From positions 1,212 through 65,211 of the forward strand of contig CAINWZ010000144.1 in the NCBI GenBank assembly GCA_903854725.1: 64,000 bases of DNA, read 5' to 3'. Below are positions 28,727 to 37,565 of the stretch, in pieces. Both the position numbers and the translations under genes were made by a program. The number at the start of each line of letters is the position of its first letter. Position 1 is the first letter of the stretch. Source of the stretch: an uncultured Bacteroidota bacterium (GTDB lineage Bacteria; Bacteroidota; Bacteroidia; Chitinophagales; Chitinophagaceae). The notes below the pieces were generated by a model. That model was not told where the DNA came from. It ran no database searches and was given only the letters and a program-made list of their open reading frames with translations.

Positions 28727-28741
28727 CTTTGTAGTTTAAAA

Positions 28742-29941
28742 TTATTTTTTATTCGATTCTTTTATTTGATGAAAGATGCTAGTTTGATTACCAAATATTT
28801 TAGTGAATCCTCTCACATCCGCACCCGTCCAACCGGTATTCATCTCACCATATTTTCCAAATTTTGCACTCATTAAATCATTTTCAGATTCAATGCCAAT
28901 AATTTGAAAACGATATGGATACAATTGTATAGAAACTGTTCCAGATACCTGTTCTTGTGAACTAGTTAAATACGCTTCTATATCGCGCATCACTGGATCT
29001 AAAATTTGTCCTTCATGCAACCAGTTGCCATAGAATTGTGCCAATTGATCTTTCCAAGACAATTGCCATTTGGTTAAAACATGTTTTTCCAAAGCATGAT
29101 GTGCTTTTAAAATAACCATTGGCGCAGCCGCTTCAAAACCAACACGGCCTTTAATTCCTATGATAGTATCCCCCACATGAATGTCCCTTCCAATACCATA
29201 AGCACCTGCTATAGATTGTATATATTGAATGGCTTCAGTTGGATGAGTAAATGTTTTTTTATTGACCGTTTTAATTTCTCCTTTCTCAAAACCAATCACC
29301 ATTTCTTCTTCTTGACCTTCTTTGGTCATAGGTGTTGGCCATGCAGTTTCGGGTAACATACCCTTGGATTGTAAGGTTTCTTTTCCCCCTACACTGGTTC
29401 CCCACAAACCTTTATTAATAGAATAGGCAGCTTTTTCAAAATTCATTGCTACCCCTTTTTCTTTTAAGTACGTAATTTCTGCTTCTCTACTTAATTGCAA
29501 ATCACGAATGGGTGTTAAAATTTCAACCCCTGGAATCATAACTTGAAAAATCATGTCAAAACGAACTTGATCATTACCTGCTCCTGTACTTCCATGTGCT
29601 ACTTTTTGAGCACCTAATTTTTTTACATGCGCTGCAATATGAAGCGCTTGGCTTAAACGTTCTGCACTTACACTTAAAGGATAGGTATTGTTTTTTAGCA
29701 CATTACCGTATATTAAATATTTAATAATGCTATCATAATAACCCTCCACCGCATCCACTGTTGTGTGCGATTTTACACCTAATGCATAAGCGTGTGCTTC
29801 TATTTTTTTTAGCTCTTCTTGCGTAAACCCACCTGTATTCACTACCACACTGTGCACTGCCAATCCCTTATCTTCTGTTAAATACTTAACACAATAAGTG
29901 GTATCTAATCCGCCGCTAAAACCTAAAATTACTTTTTCCAT
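28742..29941 (-). CDS. argG: Argininosuccinate synthase
   Basis: GFSGGLDT, HGSTGAGNDQVRF, KGRVGFEA. Confidence 0.97.
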   Translation of the reverse strand: MEKVILGFSGGLDTTYCVKYLTEDKGLAVHSVVVNTGGFTQEELKKIEAHAYALGVKSHTTVDAVEGYYDSIIKYLIYGNVLKNNTYPLSVSAERLSQALHIAAHVKKLGAQKVAHGSTGAGNDQVRFDMIFQVMIPGVEILTPIRDLQLSREAEITYLKEKGVAMNFEKAAYSINKGLWGTSVGGKETLQSKGMLPETAWPTPMTKEGQEEEMVIGFEKGEIKTVNKKTFTHPTEAIQYIQSIAGAYGIGRDIHVGDTIIGIKGRVGFEAAAPMVILKAHHALEKHVLTKWQLSWKDQLAQFYGNWLHEGQILDPVMRDIEAYLTSSQEQVSGTVSIQLYPYRFQIIGIESENDLMSAKFGKYGEMNTGWTGADVRGFTKIFGNQTSIFHQIKESNKK

Positions 29942-29948
29942 TTGTTTA

Positions 29949-30593
29949 TTATTTTCTAAACCAGTTTAATAATTTACTTTGTTTTATTTTCATAAAGCGT
30001 TCATACAACTTTGAATTATTTGAAAACTCAGTGACCACTTCATGAATGTCATGAGGCTGCTTTGGTTCAAATAACATTGCTGTACACATACAATTTTTAC
30101 GCTCCTTACTCATTAATATATCATAATTCACACAACTTTTACAGCCTGCCCAAAACTCTTCATCATCCGTTAGTTCACTATACGTGACAGGCTCGTAACC
30201 TAATTCACTATTTATTTTCATTACTGCTAAGCCAGTTGTTAATCCAAATATTTTAGCAGTAGGATATTTTTCTCTTGACAATTGGAAAATAGTTTGCTTA
30301 ATTTTTTTAGCGATCCCTGTTTTTCTAAAAGCAGGTGCTACAATTAAACCACTATTGGCCACAAACTGTCCATGTTGCCATGCTTCGATATAACAAAACC
30401 CAACCCAGGTTCCATCTTCAGTATGTGCAATAACCGATTTTCCTTCGTTTATTTTTTTAGCGACATAGTCTGGACTACGTTTAGCAATACCAGTGCCACG
30501 TGCTTTAGCCGAAGAAGCCATTTCATCTGTAATGGCATTTGCAAAAGAAGCGTCACCACTATGGGCAACACGTACTATTATTTTCTGTTCCAA
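29949..30593 (-). CDS. GNAT-family acyltransferase heading the arg operon (ArgA role candidate), TTG start
   Basis: GTGIAKRS, FVANSGLIVAPAFRKTGIA, CKSC...CMC. Start placed at TTG 30593 (LEQKIIVR) after an A-rich leader; the tracked 28-aa extension lies in the leader RNA. Confidence 0.8.
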   Translation of the reverse strand: MEQKIIVRVAHSGDASFANAITDEMASSAKARGTGIAKRSPDYVAKKINEGKSVIAHTEDGTWVGFCYIEAWQHGQFVANSGLIVAPAFRKTGIAKKIKQTIFQLSREKYPTAKIFGLTTGLAVMKINSELGYEPVTYSELTDDEEFWAGCKSCVNYDILMSKERKNCMCTAMLFEPKQPHDIHEVVTEFSNNSKLYERFMKIKQSKLLNWFRK

Positions 30594-30657
30594 TGAGCTT
30601 TTAAATTTAGGAAAGTACAATTCTGGCGAAAGAGAGGTTCTTTTGGGGCTTTTTCCA

Positions 30658-30742
30658 CTGATAGGGGCAAGTGCCAATTGCTCGTCCTATCAGAATCCAC
30701 GTCGGTAGAAATAACCTACGATTCGTGGCATGCAAATAGGAC
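30658..30742 (-). promoter_or_regulatory. Alternative hairpins in the arg operon leader (candidate attenuator)
   Basis: On the mRNA, CUGAUAGG (overlapping the leader stop codon) pairs with downstream CCUAUCAG, while AUAGGAC can instead pair with upstream GUCCUAU inside the leader ORF. Confidence 0.5.
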
Positions 30743-30815
30743 TCGGGCCATTCAAAACAGGAACGGGTGCATTATAAGCACTAGTCAATAAAATATGTAA
30801 TTGTTCCTGTTTCAT
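30690..30815 (-). CDS. Putative arginine leader peptide (41 aa; or 13 aa from the ATG at 30731)
   Basis: MKQEQLHILLTSAYNAPVPVLNGPSPICMPRIVGYFYRRGF*. Arg codons CGA, CGA, CGT cluster at the C-terminus, directly upstream of the arg operon. Confidence 0.5.
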   Translation of the reverse strand: MKQEQLHILLTSAYNAPVPVLNGPSPICMPRIVGYFYRRGF

Positions 30816-31026
30816 TAATAATTTCCTTTTGTATAGGAATGAGAGCGTAAAAATAGTTAATAAAATAGACAAAATGCCTTGAATTGGGCTATAATTTGCA
30901 GTTTAAAGCCTTGCGGGACGCTAATTTCCTTCGAAATGAATGAGTGTTAGTTTTTTCTTGGCCTATTTGATTCGTAATTTTGATCTAAATAGAATTAAAT
31001 TTCAGCAACAACAAAATATAAAAATT

Positions 31027-31353
31027 ATGAAAATAATCATTTCAAGTAGCCTTCTTCTTGCTTCCCTATTGGTTGTATCATGTGGTGAAAATAAAGAGAA
31101 AGCAAATAGCTCTGCAGCCGATACAACGCAAATAGCCACGACAGATACTGCAACTGAAAAAACTTTTGCTATAAGCTTAGTGAACAATAAAAAAGACCCT
31201 ACTTGTGGCATGCCTGTAACAGCAGGTATAAGCGATACCGCACATTATGAAAATTTAGTACTAGGATTTTGTTCTACAGAATGCAAGAATGAATTTCTAA
31301 AAAATCCTAAAGCTAGTTTAGCCGCTGCAGAAATTACAAAGCCGACTAACTAA
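31027..31353 (+). CDS. YHS-domain lipoprotein
   Basis: Lipobox VVSC, Thr/Ala linker, KDPTCGMPV...GFCSTECKNEF. Start placed at MKIII (31027). Confidence 0.8.
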   Translation: MKIIISSSLLLASLLVVSCGENKEKANSSAADTTQIATTDTATEKTFAISLVNNKKDPTCGMPVTAGISDTAHYENLVLGFCSTECKNEFLKNPKASLAAAEITKPTN

Positions 31354-34300
31354 ATAAATAAGCTATATCATCTTTGGTTAAAGATTTTACAAATCCGACT
31401 TCATCGGAAATTAATTCTTTAGCCAAAGATCTTTTTCTTTCTTGTAGTTTTAATATTTTATCTTCTACGGTATCATTACAAATCATACGATACGCAAAAA
31501 TATTTTTTGTTTGTCCAATACGATGTGTTCTATCAATGGCTTGTTGTTCTACTGCCGGATTCCACCATGGATCTACTATATAAACATAATCTGCTGCCGT
31601 TAAATTTAAACCGACACCTCCCGCTTTCAAAGAAATTAAAAATACTCTACAATTGTCATCATTTTGGAAACGCTCTATAGCACGTTCTCTTTCTTGAATG
31701 GTACTACTACCATCAAAATATTCATGATCAATTCCTAGTTTTGTTAATTGTTCTTTAATCAAAGCCAACATGCCTAAGAATTGTGAAAAGACCAAAGCTT
31801 TGTGACCACCAATGTTTTCAGCTATTTCACGTGTTAACTCTGTAAGTTTAACAGAATCATTTGGATAAGATTCATCTTTTAAAATTGCAGGACTATCACA
31901 AATTTGTCTCAATTTCATTAAGCCTTGTAAAATTGAAAGTTGCGACTTTTGTATGCCTTTCTCTTCCACCATGCCTATTAATTTATCGCGATAATCATTA
32001 CGATACGCTTCATAAATTTTTCTTTGTCCTTCTGCCATTTCACAATACAAAACCATCTCTTGTTTTTCAGGCAAGTCTTTTGCTACTTGTTCTTTGGTTC
32101 TTCTTAATATAAAAGGGAATACAAATTTTCTTAAATGTTCTTTTTGCTCTTGCTCATCAAATTTATCAATAGGCATAGAGAAATTATGCTTAAAATATTC
32201 AACAGTTCCAAGCATGCCAGGATTCAAGAAATTCATCTGCGCATATATATCAAAAGTATTATTTTGTAATGGAGTACCACTTAAGCATAATTTATTGGCA
32301 GCCTTTAATAAACAAGCTGCTTTTGTTACTTTACTAGCAGGGTTCTTAATAGCCTGGCTTTCATCTAAAATAACATAATCGAAATTCACTTCCACAAACA
32401 TTTTAATATCACTTCTTAAAGTTCCATAAGTAGTTATAATCACTTCAATTTCTTGACTCAGCAACAATTGTTTATTTCTAGAGCCTCCGTGATGTATATG
32501 ATAGGTTAAAGTTGGAGTGAATTTTTTTAATTCATTCTGCCAGTTAAATAATAGTGTGGTAGGACAAACCACCAAGGCCACTAATTTGCCATTCTTTTCT
32601 TTTAAATGTTGTAAGAAAGAAAGTGTTTGAATGGTTTTACCCAATCCCATATCATCTGCTAAGATGCCACCCCATTGTACATCATGTAAATAGTTTAACC
32701 ATTGGAACCCACTCACTTGATAAGGACGTAATATAGGCATCAAGTGCGCTGGTGGTATAACATCTGCTATCGCGTAACGTTCTCTTATTTTTTCATACTT
32801 GCCTTCTAACTGAAAAATTAATTCTTCCTCATCTCTTTGTTGGTATAATTCATCTAATATAGAAAAATGATACTTGCTTAGTTTAAGCGTATCTGTTTTT
32901 CCTTCTCCCACTTTAAATAATAAAGAATATTTATTGAGCCATTTTTCTGGAAGTACTCCTAAGCTACCATCTTTCAAAGGCACAAATTGTTGCTTATTAG
33001 ATAGCATTGTTTTAATATCCTGTATGGAAACTTTTTGTTCGCCAAACGAAATCTCTACTTTAGCATCAAACCAATCTGTATTGCTACTAATGTATAATCG
33101 AGTAGCAGGCTTTGCAGTATTATATTTAAATTGTTTTAAATATTCAGTTCCAAATAAAGGAATTTGTTTTTCTCTCAATGTATCTATAAACAAGAAGAAC
33201 CAATTGTTCTTTAATACTTCTGCGCCTTTCAAGGCTAATACATTGCCTTCGTTAGGACGAATAAAGCCAGAATGTAATTGTTCAATTAAGTTCATCAATT
33301 GCCTTTCTGCGGCAAGATCTCTTTCCAGAATTATTATTTTATCGCCCAGTTGTTGAATGACAGAAGGACCATCATCCTTAGTGACAACAATATCTTTATA
33401 TGCAAACATGGGTTCAAAAAACAAATAGTCTCCGTTTTCTTTTAATAGAATTTGAAGTTGTGGCTTTACCCCTTTTACTTTTTCCTGTGTTACATTGTCT
33501 AATGAAACATGGTATTGTTTAGATAAGGGCAGCAATGTTTTTTGAAGATAATCAGGCCATTTATCTAAACTAATTTCATGAAACCCAGTTGGCATAAATT
33601 TTTCTACCCACAATAAATCGGCACGATTCTTCCAAACAAAAAATTGGTGGTGATATTGAAAAATATAATTCGACTTCGCATGATTGTCTTCTAAAGGAAT
33701 TTTTCCTTCGGGTAAGCTGACTACTGCATAAACAATATAGCTATTCTCTTCTTTTTCTACTCTAAAGCTTGGCTGAATGGTATTAAAAACCAATTCTGCT
33801 TTTTGCATATTAGCAGTAGTAAAAGGCTTATTGTGCGGTAAATAAAAACTAAAAGGGTGTTCTGATAAATCTCTCCAAACTTTCTCTATTTTAGGATGCA
33901 AATATTCTTGCATCAATTCTTTTGTTTCATCAGGCAAACTCTCTTCATCGGTATGAACAATATTATCCCACAACCCTTGGAAAGGTGAATTTTTATTCAA
34001 AAATTTAGACAATTCAGCAGGTTGCAATTTCTTGACCAACTGTAATAATATTTTATCTTCTTCTTTAATTAAGTTAGGAGTAATAAATTTTACAAGATCT
34101 ATCTTTTCCACTTTCCCTAAAAAGGAAGTGCCCTCTTCATTTACTTCCCCTTTCACTACATTAAAAGAAATATAAGGATAGATAGTAGGCTGGTGCTGCA
34201 TGACAATACCAAAACGCTCTTTAATAACCGCCTCTTCATTGGATGCAGGATCCTCTTCCTCTATATCCCAATCATTAGAAGAAGGTCTTTTTATCGTAAT

Positions 34301-35107
34301 TGATTTGGCGCCATTTACTTTTTGAATTTTTTCATCCAATACTTTCAAAAAGGGCTTACCATCGTGATATATAAATTCAAACTTATCTTCTATATAATCA
34401 TCTAAAGTAAAACCATACAATGCCAATAGTTTGTTTTTCTCTCTATCCCAGTTACGAATGGTTTCAAAATAATCAGCACCCTTTAATAAAAACAATTGAA
34501 GCAGTAGCATGGCTTTATGCACGCACAGCGGATACTCCGTCTCAGACAAGCAATCGCAAGAAGTGTCAAAAAAACGTTCTTCATTTTTTTGAATAATAAC
34601 ATGAAAGGTTTTGCCCTTTTCGTCTATTTCAGCGACAACTTTTTCATTTTCACTTTCAATAATATGGGGTCTAACTGATTTTAAGGTTTGTTCTGCTTTT
34701 TCGAATATTGCTTTTGAACAAAGCATTCGAATCATTTTTAAATCTAAGGTCTTTGTTCTTAACTGCGTATGCGTTGTCTTATAAGATGCAGGTTTGTAGT
34801 CTAATAAATTTTTATCTAATAAATCTTGGATATAAAAAAGTGCAGCAGCTTTATGTCTACATACTTCTGATAAATTATAAGGACAGCCACAACGCAATGA
34901 CAAAGTAGCAGCGCTCTTAAAATTTTCTATGGTGACTTTGTAATAGGTACTATACCCATCATCTTTTACACGGCAATGAATACTTCCTATTAAAGGATCG
35001 AACTTTGCTAACTCAATATTTTTTAATGCAAATATTTTCTTGCCTCTACGAATCACCTCTTCGGTGCCGTAGCTATAAATGTGTTTTACTAAATAGGGTA
35101 ATGCCAT
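31346..35107 (-). CDS. SWIM zinc-finger SNF2/DEAD-box helicase
   Basis: CGCPYNLSEVCRH (SWIM), LADDMGLGKT, DESQ, SGTPLQN, LKAGGVGLNLT, QAIDRTHRIGQ. Confidence 0.93.
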   Translation of the reverse strand: MALPYLVKHIYSYGTEEVIRRGKKIFALKNIELAKFDPLIGSIHCRVKDDGYSTYYKVTIENFKSAATLSLRCGCPYNLSEVCRHKAAALFYIQDLLDKNLLDYKPASYKTTHTQLRTKTLDLKMIRMLCSKAIFEKAEQTLKSVRPHIIESENEKVVAEIDEKGKTFHVIIQKNEERFFDTSCDCLSETEYPLCVHKAMLLLQLFLLKGADYFETIRNWDREKNKLLALYGFTLDDYIEDKFEFIYHDGKPFLKVLDEKIQKVNGAKSITIKRPSSNDWDIEEEDPASNEEAVIKERFGIVMQHQPTIYPYISFNVVKGEVNEEGTSFLGKVEKIDLVKFITPNLIKEEDKILLQLVKKLQPAELSKFLNKNSPFQGLWDNIVHTDEESLPDETKELMQEYLHPKIEKVWRDLSEHPFSFYLPHNKPFTTANMQKAELVFNTIQPSFRVEKEENSYIVYAVVSLPEGKIPLEDNHAKSNYIFQYHHQFFVWKNRADLLWVEKFMPTGFHEISLDKWPDYLQKTLLPLSKQYHVSLDNVTQEKVKGVKPQLQILLKENGDYLFFEPMFAYKDIVVTKDDGPSVIQQLGDKIIILERDLAAERQLMNLIEQLHSGFIRPNEGNVLALKGAEVLKNNWFFLFIDTLREKQIPLFGTEYLKQFKYNTAKPATRLYISSNTDWFDAKVEISFGEQKVSIQDIKTMLSNKQQFVPLKDGSLGVLPEKWLNKYSLLFKVGEGKTDTLKLSKYHFSILDELYQQRDEEELIFQLEGKYEKIRERYAIADVIPPAHLMPILRPYQVSGFQWLNYLHDVQWGGILADDMGLGKTIQTLSFLQHLKEKNGKLVALVVCPTTLLFNWQNELKKFTPTLTYHIHHGGSRNKQLLLSQEIEVIITTYGTLRSDIKMFVEVNFDYVILDESQAIKNPASKVTKAACLLKAANKLCLSGTPLQNNTFDIYAQMNFLNPGMLGTVEYFKHNFSMPIDKFDEQEQKEHLRKFVFPFILRRTKEQVAKDLPEKQEMVLYCEMAEGQRKIYEAYRNDYRDKLIGMVEEKGIQKSQLSILQGLMKLRQICDSPAILKDESYPNDSVKLTELTREIAENIGGHKALVFSQFLGMLALIKEQLTKLGIDHEYFDGSSTIQERERAIERFQNDDNCRVFLISLKAGGVGLNLTAADYVYIVDPWWNPAVEQQAIDRTHRIGQTKNIFAYRMICNDTVEDKILKLQERKRSLAKELISDEVGFVKSLTKDDIAYLFS

Positions 35108-35115
35108 AATGGTAC

Positions 35116-35136
35116 AAAAAGCCCTTAAAAAAGGGC
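35116..35136 (-). terminator. Terminator-like hairpin between comB and the SNF2 gene
   Basis: Minus strand reads GCCCTT-TTTT-AAGGGC-TTTTTG. Confidence 0.65.
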
Positions 35137-35142
35137 AATTTG

Positions 35143-35150
35143 CAAATGTA
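35143..35150 (-). promoter_or_regulatory. -7 box TACATTTG for the SNF2 gene
   Basis: CAAATGTA on the + strand. Confidence 0.55.
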
Positions 35151-35205
35151 AGGCTTTGCTAGCTAATATGGTAGCCTATTTAAAATGAATGTGAAAATAA
35201 TGTGA

Positions 35206-35943
35206 TTATACCCTATTTACAAGGGCTCCTTCCTTAAATATGGGCAAAGAAGGCGCTGTATCTATTGAAATACAATATAACATGTCTTCTTCAAGGCCAT
35301 AAGCTGCCAATCGGTGCCAATGCGTAACTGTTTTTATATAACTGGGTAAATCATTTTTATGTTGATTATATAATTGATTGGCCATAAAGCTACTATCGCA
35401 ATGAATCGCAAAGGAATCTTTTATTTGATCAATAACCGCTCCCGCAAACAAAACATCTTCAATATTAAATCTATTCTTCCAACCGGAACAGCCTAAGATA
35501 ACGGGTGCATTTTGTTCTTTTAGATATGCTACAACTTTCGTCAAATTAGGAAAGGACCCAGTGATAATATCTTTCGCCCCCTGCTTTAAGGCAAGGTGCA
35601 ATAATTTTGTACCATTGGTGGTCGTAATGACTAATATCTTATTTTCTATAAAATCTCTTGGATATTCAGAAGGTGAATTACCATAGGCCAAGCCTGGGAT
35701 AATTTTTCCATCTCTTTCCCCCGCAGTGACACCTCCAGTTTGCTTTCCTACTTCTATACAAACCTCGGGTGAGTCTACAGGAATAATTTTACTGGCACCA
35801 TTGTACAATGCAGTAGCCATCGTGGAAGTAGCTCTGAATACATCAATAATCACAACAATGCTATCTTTTACATCATATAAATCTAAGAGCTGAGGTGTTA
35901 AAACGGTATGTAAAGAAGGTTTTGTCTTTGCGGCACTTGTCAT
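35206..35943 (-). CDS. comB: 2-phosphosulfolactate phosphatase family protein
   Basis: VIIDVFRATS, GERDG, GNSP, TTTNGT, IEDVLFAG. Confidence 0.9.
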   Translation of the reverse strand: MTSAAKTKPSLHTVLTPQLLDLYDVKDSIVVIIDVFRATSTMATALYNGASKIIPVDSPEVCIEVGKQTGGVTAGERDGKIIPGLAYGNSPSEYPRDFIENKILVITTTNGTKLLHLALKQGAKDIITGSFPNLTKVVAYLKEQNAPVILGCSGWKNRFNIEDVLFAGAVIDQIKDSFAIHCDSSFMANQLYNQHKNDLPSYIKTVTHWHRLAAYGLEEDMLYCISIDTAPSLPIFKEGALVNRV

Positions 35944-35971
35944 AATGCACAAATATACAAAACCTTCATTT

Positions 35972-36331
35972 TTAAACTAATTCTTTTGCAACAGCCGCTT
36001 TTTTGGACAATATCAAAATTTCAGAAACGATGATATCAGTACTAATTCTTTTGACTGCATTCTTATCGGTAAATGTTTTATTGACGAGCCTCCCTTCTAT
36101 AGCTACTTCCACTCCCTTTAATAAATATTTTTCAGCATACTCTGCAAGCTTTGTCCATGCCACCAAAGAGAACCATTGGGTTTCATCGATCCACTCGCCG
36201 TTGGCATTTTTGTAACGATCATTCACTGCCAAACGCATATTGGCAAGCTTGTTGTTTTCTTTAAAAATTTTGATTGCTGGATCGGCACCTAAATGGCCAA
36301 TCAATTGCACTTTGTTTTTAATCGCTTTCAT
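35972..36331 (-). CDS. ssb: Single-stranded DNA-binding protein, short form without acidic tail
   Basis: NKVQLIGHLGADP, TQWF..VAW, KGVEVAIEGRL OB fold; ends AAVAKELV. Confidence 0.88.
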   Translation of the reverse strand: MKAIKNKVQLIGHLGADPAIKIFKENNKLANMRLAVNDRYKNANGEWIDETQWFSLVAWTKLAEYAEKYLLKGVEVAIEGRLVNKTFTDKNAVKRISTDIIVSEILILSKKAAVAKELV

Positions 36332-36420
36332 AATAATGTTTTTGTTAAGCAACAAAATTGCAATTACTATGCATGCTAAAACGCAGTATTTATCTAACTA
36401 AAAATAGGTACAAATAAAGC

Positions 36421-37515
36421 CTACTTAAAAGGAAACTTAACCACTTGTGCTTTTACCAAGGTATTTCTAATATCAATATAAATTTCAGTGCCCGCTTTGG
36501 CAAACTCAGCAGCAACATATCCAATACCAATCGCTTTGCCTAAACTTGGCGCTTGTGTTCCAGAGGTGACAGCACCAATTAGTTTACCAGCAGCATCTTT
36601 TATTTCATAATAATGTCTTGGTATACCGCGATCAATCATTTCAAAACCCACTAATTTCTTGGCCACGCCATTTGTTTTTTGAGCAAGCAAGGCTTCTTTA
36701 TTGGTAAACTCTTTGGTAAACTTTGTGATCCATCCTAAACCTGCTTCAATAGGACTTGTAGTATCATCAATATCATTTCCGTATAAACAAAAGCCCATTT
36801 CTAATCGTAAGGTATCACGTGCGCCTAATCCAATTGGCTGAATGCCATCGGCAGCACCTGCTTCAAATATAGCATCCCAAATTTTAGTAGCATTATCATT
36901 AATATCTTCAAAATAAATTTCCACCCCTCCAGCACCAGTATAACCAGTTGCACTAATAAGTACATTATCAATCCCTAACATCTCACCTTTCGCAAAACTA
37001 TAATAGGGCATATTTAAAACATCCATTTTTGTTAAAGTCTGAATTATTTTAGCAGCTTTTGGACCTTGAACGGCAAGTAAAGCTGTCTTTGCACTTATAT
37101 TATGCATCTCTACTCCTTTCGTATTATAACTCACTATCCAATTCCAATCTTTCTCAATATTAGAAGCATTTACGACTAACATGTATACTTTATTCTTTTC
37201 TACACAGTACACTAATAAATCATCAACAATACCACCCGTTGTATTTGGCAAACAACTATACTGCGCTTTGCCATCTTCTAAAACAGAGGCGTCATTGGTA
37301 GTAACACGTTGTATCAAATCCAGTGCATCAGGGCCTCTTAAAATAAATTCACCCATATGACTTACATCAAAAACACCTGCATGGTTTCTAACAGCAGCAT
37401 GTTCAACGTTAATGCCTGCATAACTGATAGGCATATTATAACCAGCAAAAGGTGCCATTTTAGCACCTAAAGCAATATGTTTTTGGGTAAAGGGGGTATT
37501 TAAGGCTTCGCTCAT
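36421..37515 (-). CDS. gcvT: Glycine cleavage system aminomethyltransferase T
   Basis: [18 protein letters not shown]-like [22 protein letters not shown]. Confidence 0.97.
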   Translation of the reverse strand: MSEALNTPFTQKHIALGAKMAPFAGYNMPISYAGINVEHAAVRNHAGVFDVSHMGEFILRGPDALDLIQRVTTNDASVLEDGKAQYSCLPNTTGGIVDDLLVYCVEKNKVYMLVVNASNIEKDWNWIVSYNTKGVEMHNISAKTALLAVQGPKAAKIIQTLTKMDVLNMPYYSFAKGEMLGIDNVLISATGYTGAGGVEIYFEDINDNATKIWDAIFEAGAADGIQPIGLGARDTLRLEMGFCLYGNDIDDTTSPIEAGLGWITKFTKEFTNKEALLAQKTNGVAKKLVGFEMIDRGIPRHYYEIKDAAGKLIGAVTSGTQAPSLGKAIGIGYVAAEFAKAGTEIYIDIRNTLVKAQVVKFPFK

Positions 37516-37531
37516 TTCGATTTAATTTTCT

Positions 37532-37539
37532 CAAATATA
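37532..37539 (-). promoter_or_regulatory. -7 box TATATTTG for gcvT
   Basis: CAAATATA on the + strand, 16 nt upstream of the ATG. Confidence 0.65.
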
Positions 37540-37565
37540 ATCAAAAAAGAAACCGGAAGGGAACC

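Noticed and set aside
30594-30677. 28-aa N-terminal extension of the GNAT in the ORF track; likewise extensions for pspC (to 40046), padR, serS, ssb, SRPBCC (to 53962), YHS (from 30940) and metH
   Set aside because: The extensions overlap leaders, promoters or neighbouring genes; downstream starts fit the family N-termini better.
30666-30680. TGGCAC-TTGC on the minus strand as a sigma-54 promoter for the arg operon
   Set aside because: The GG and GC elements lack the required -24/-12 spacing, and the sequence sits inside the leader hairpin.
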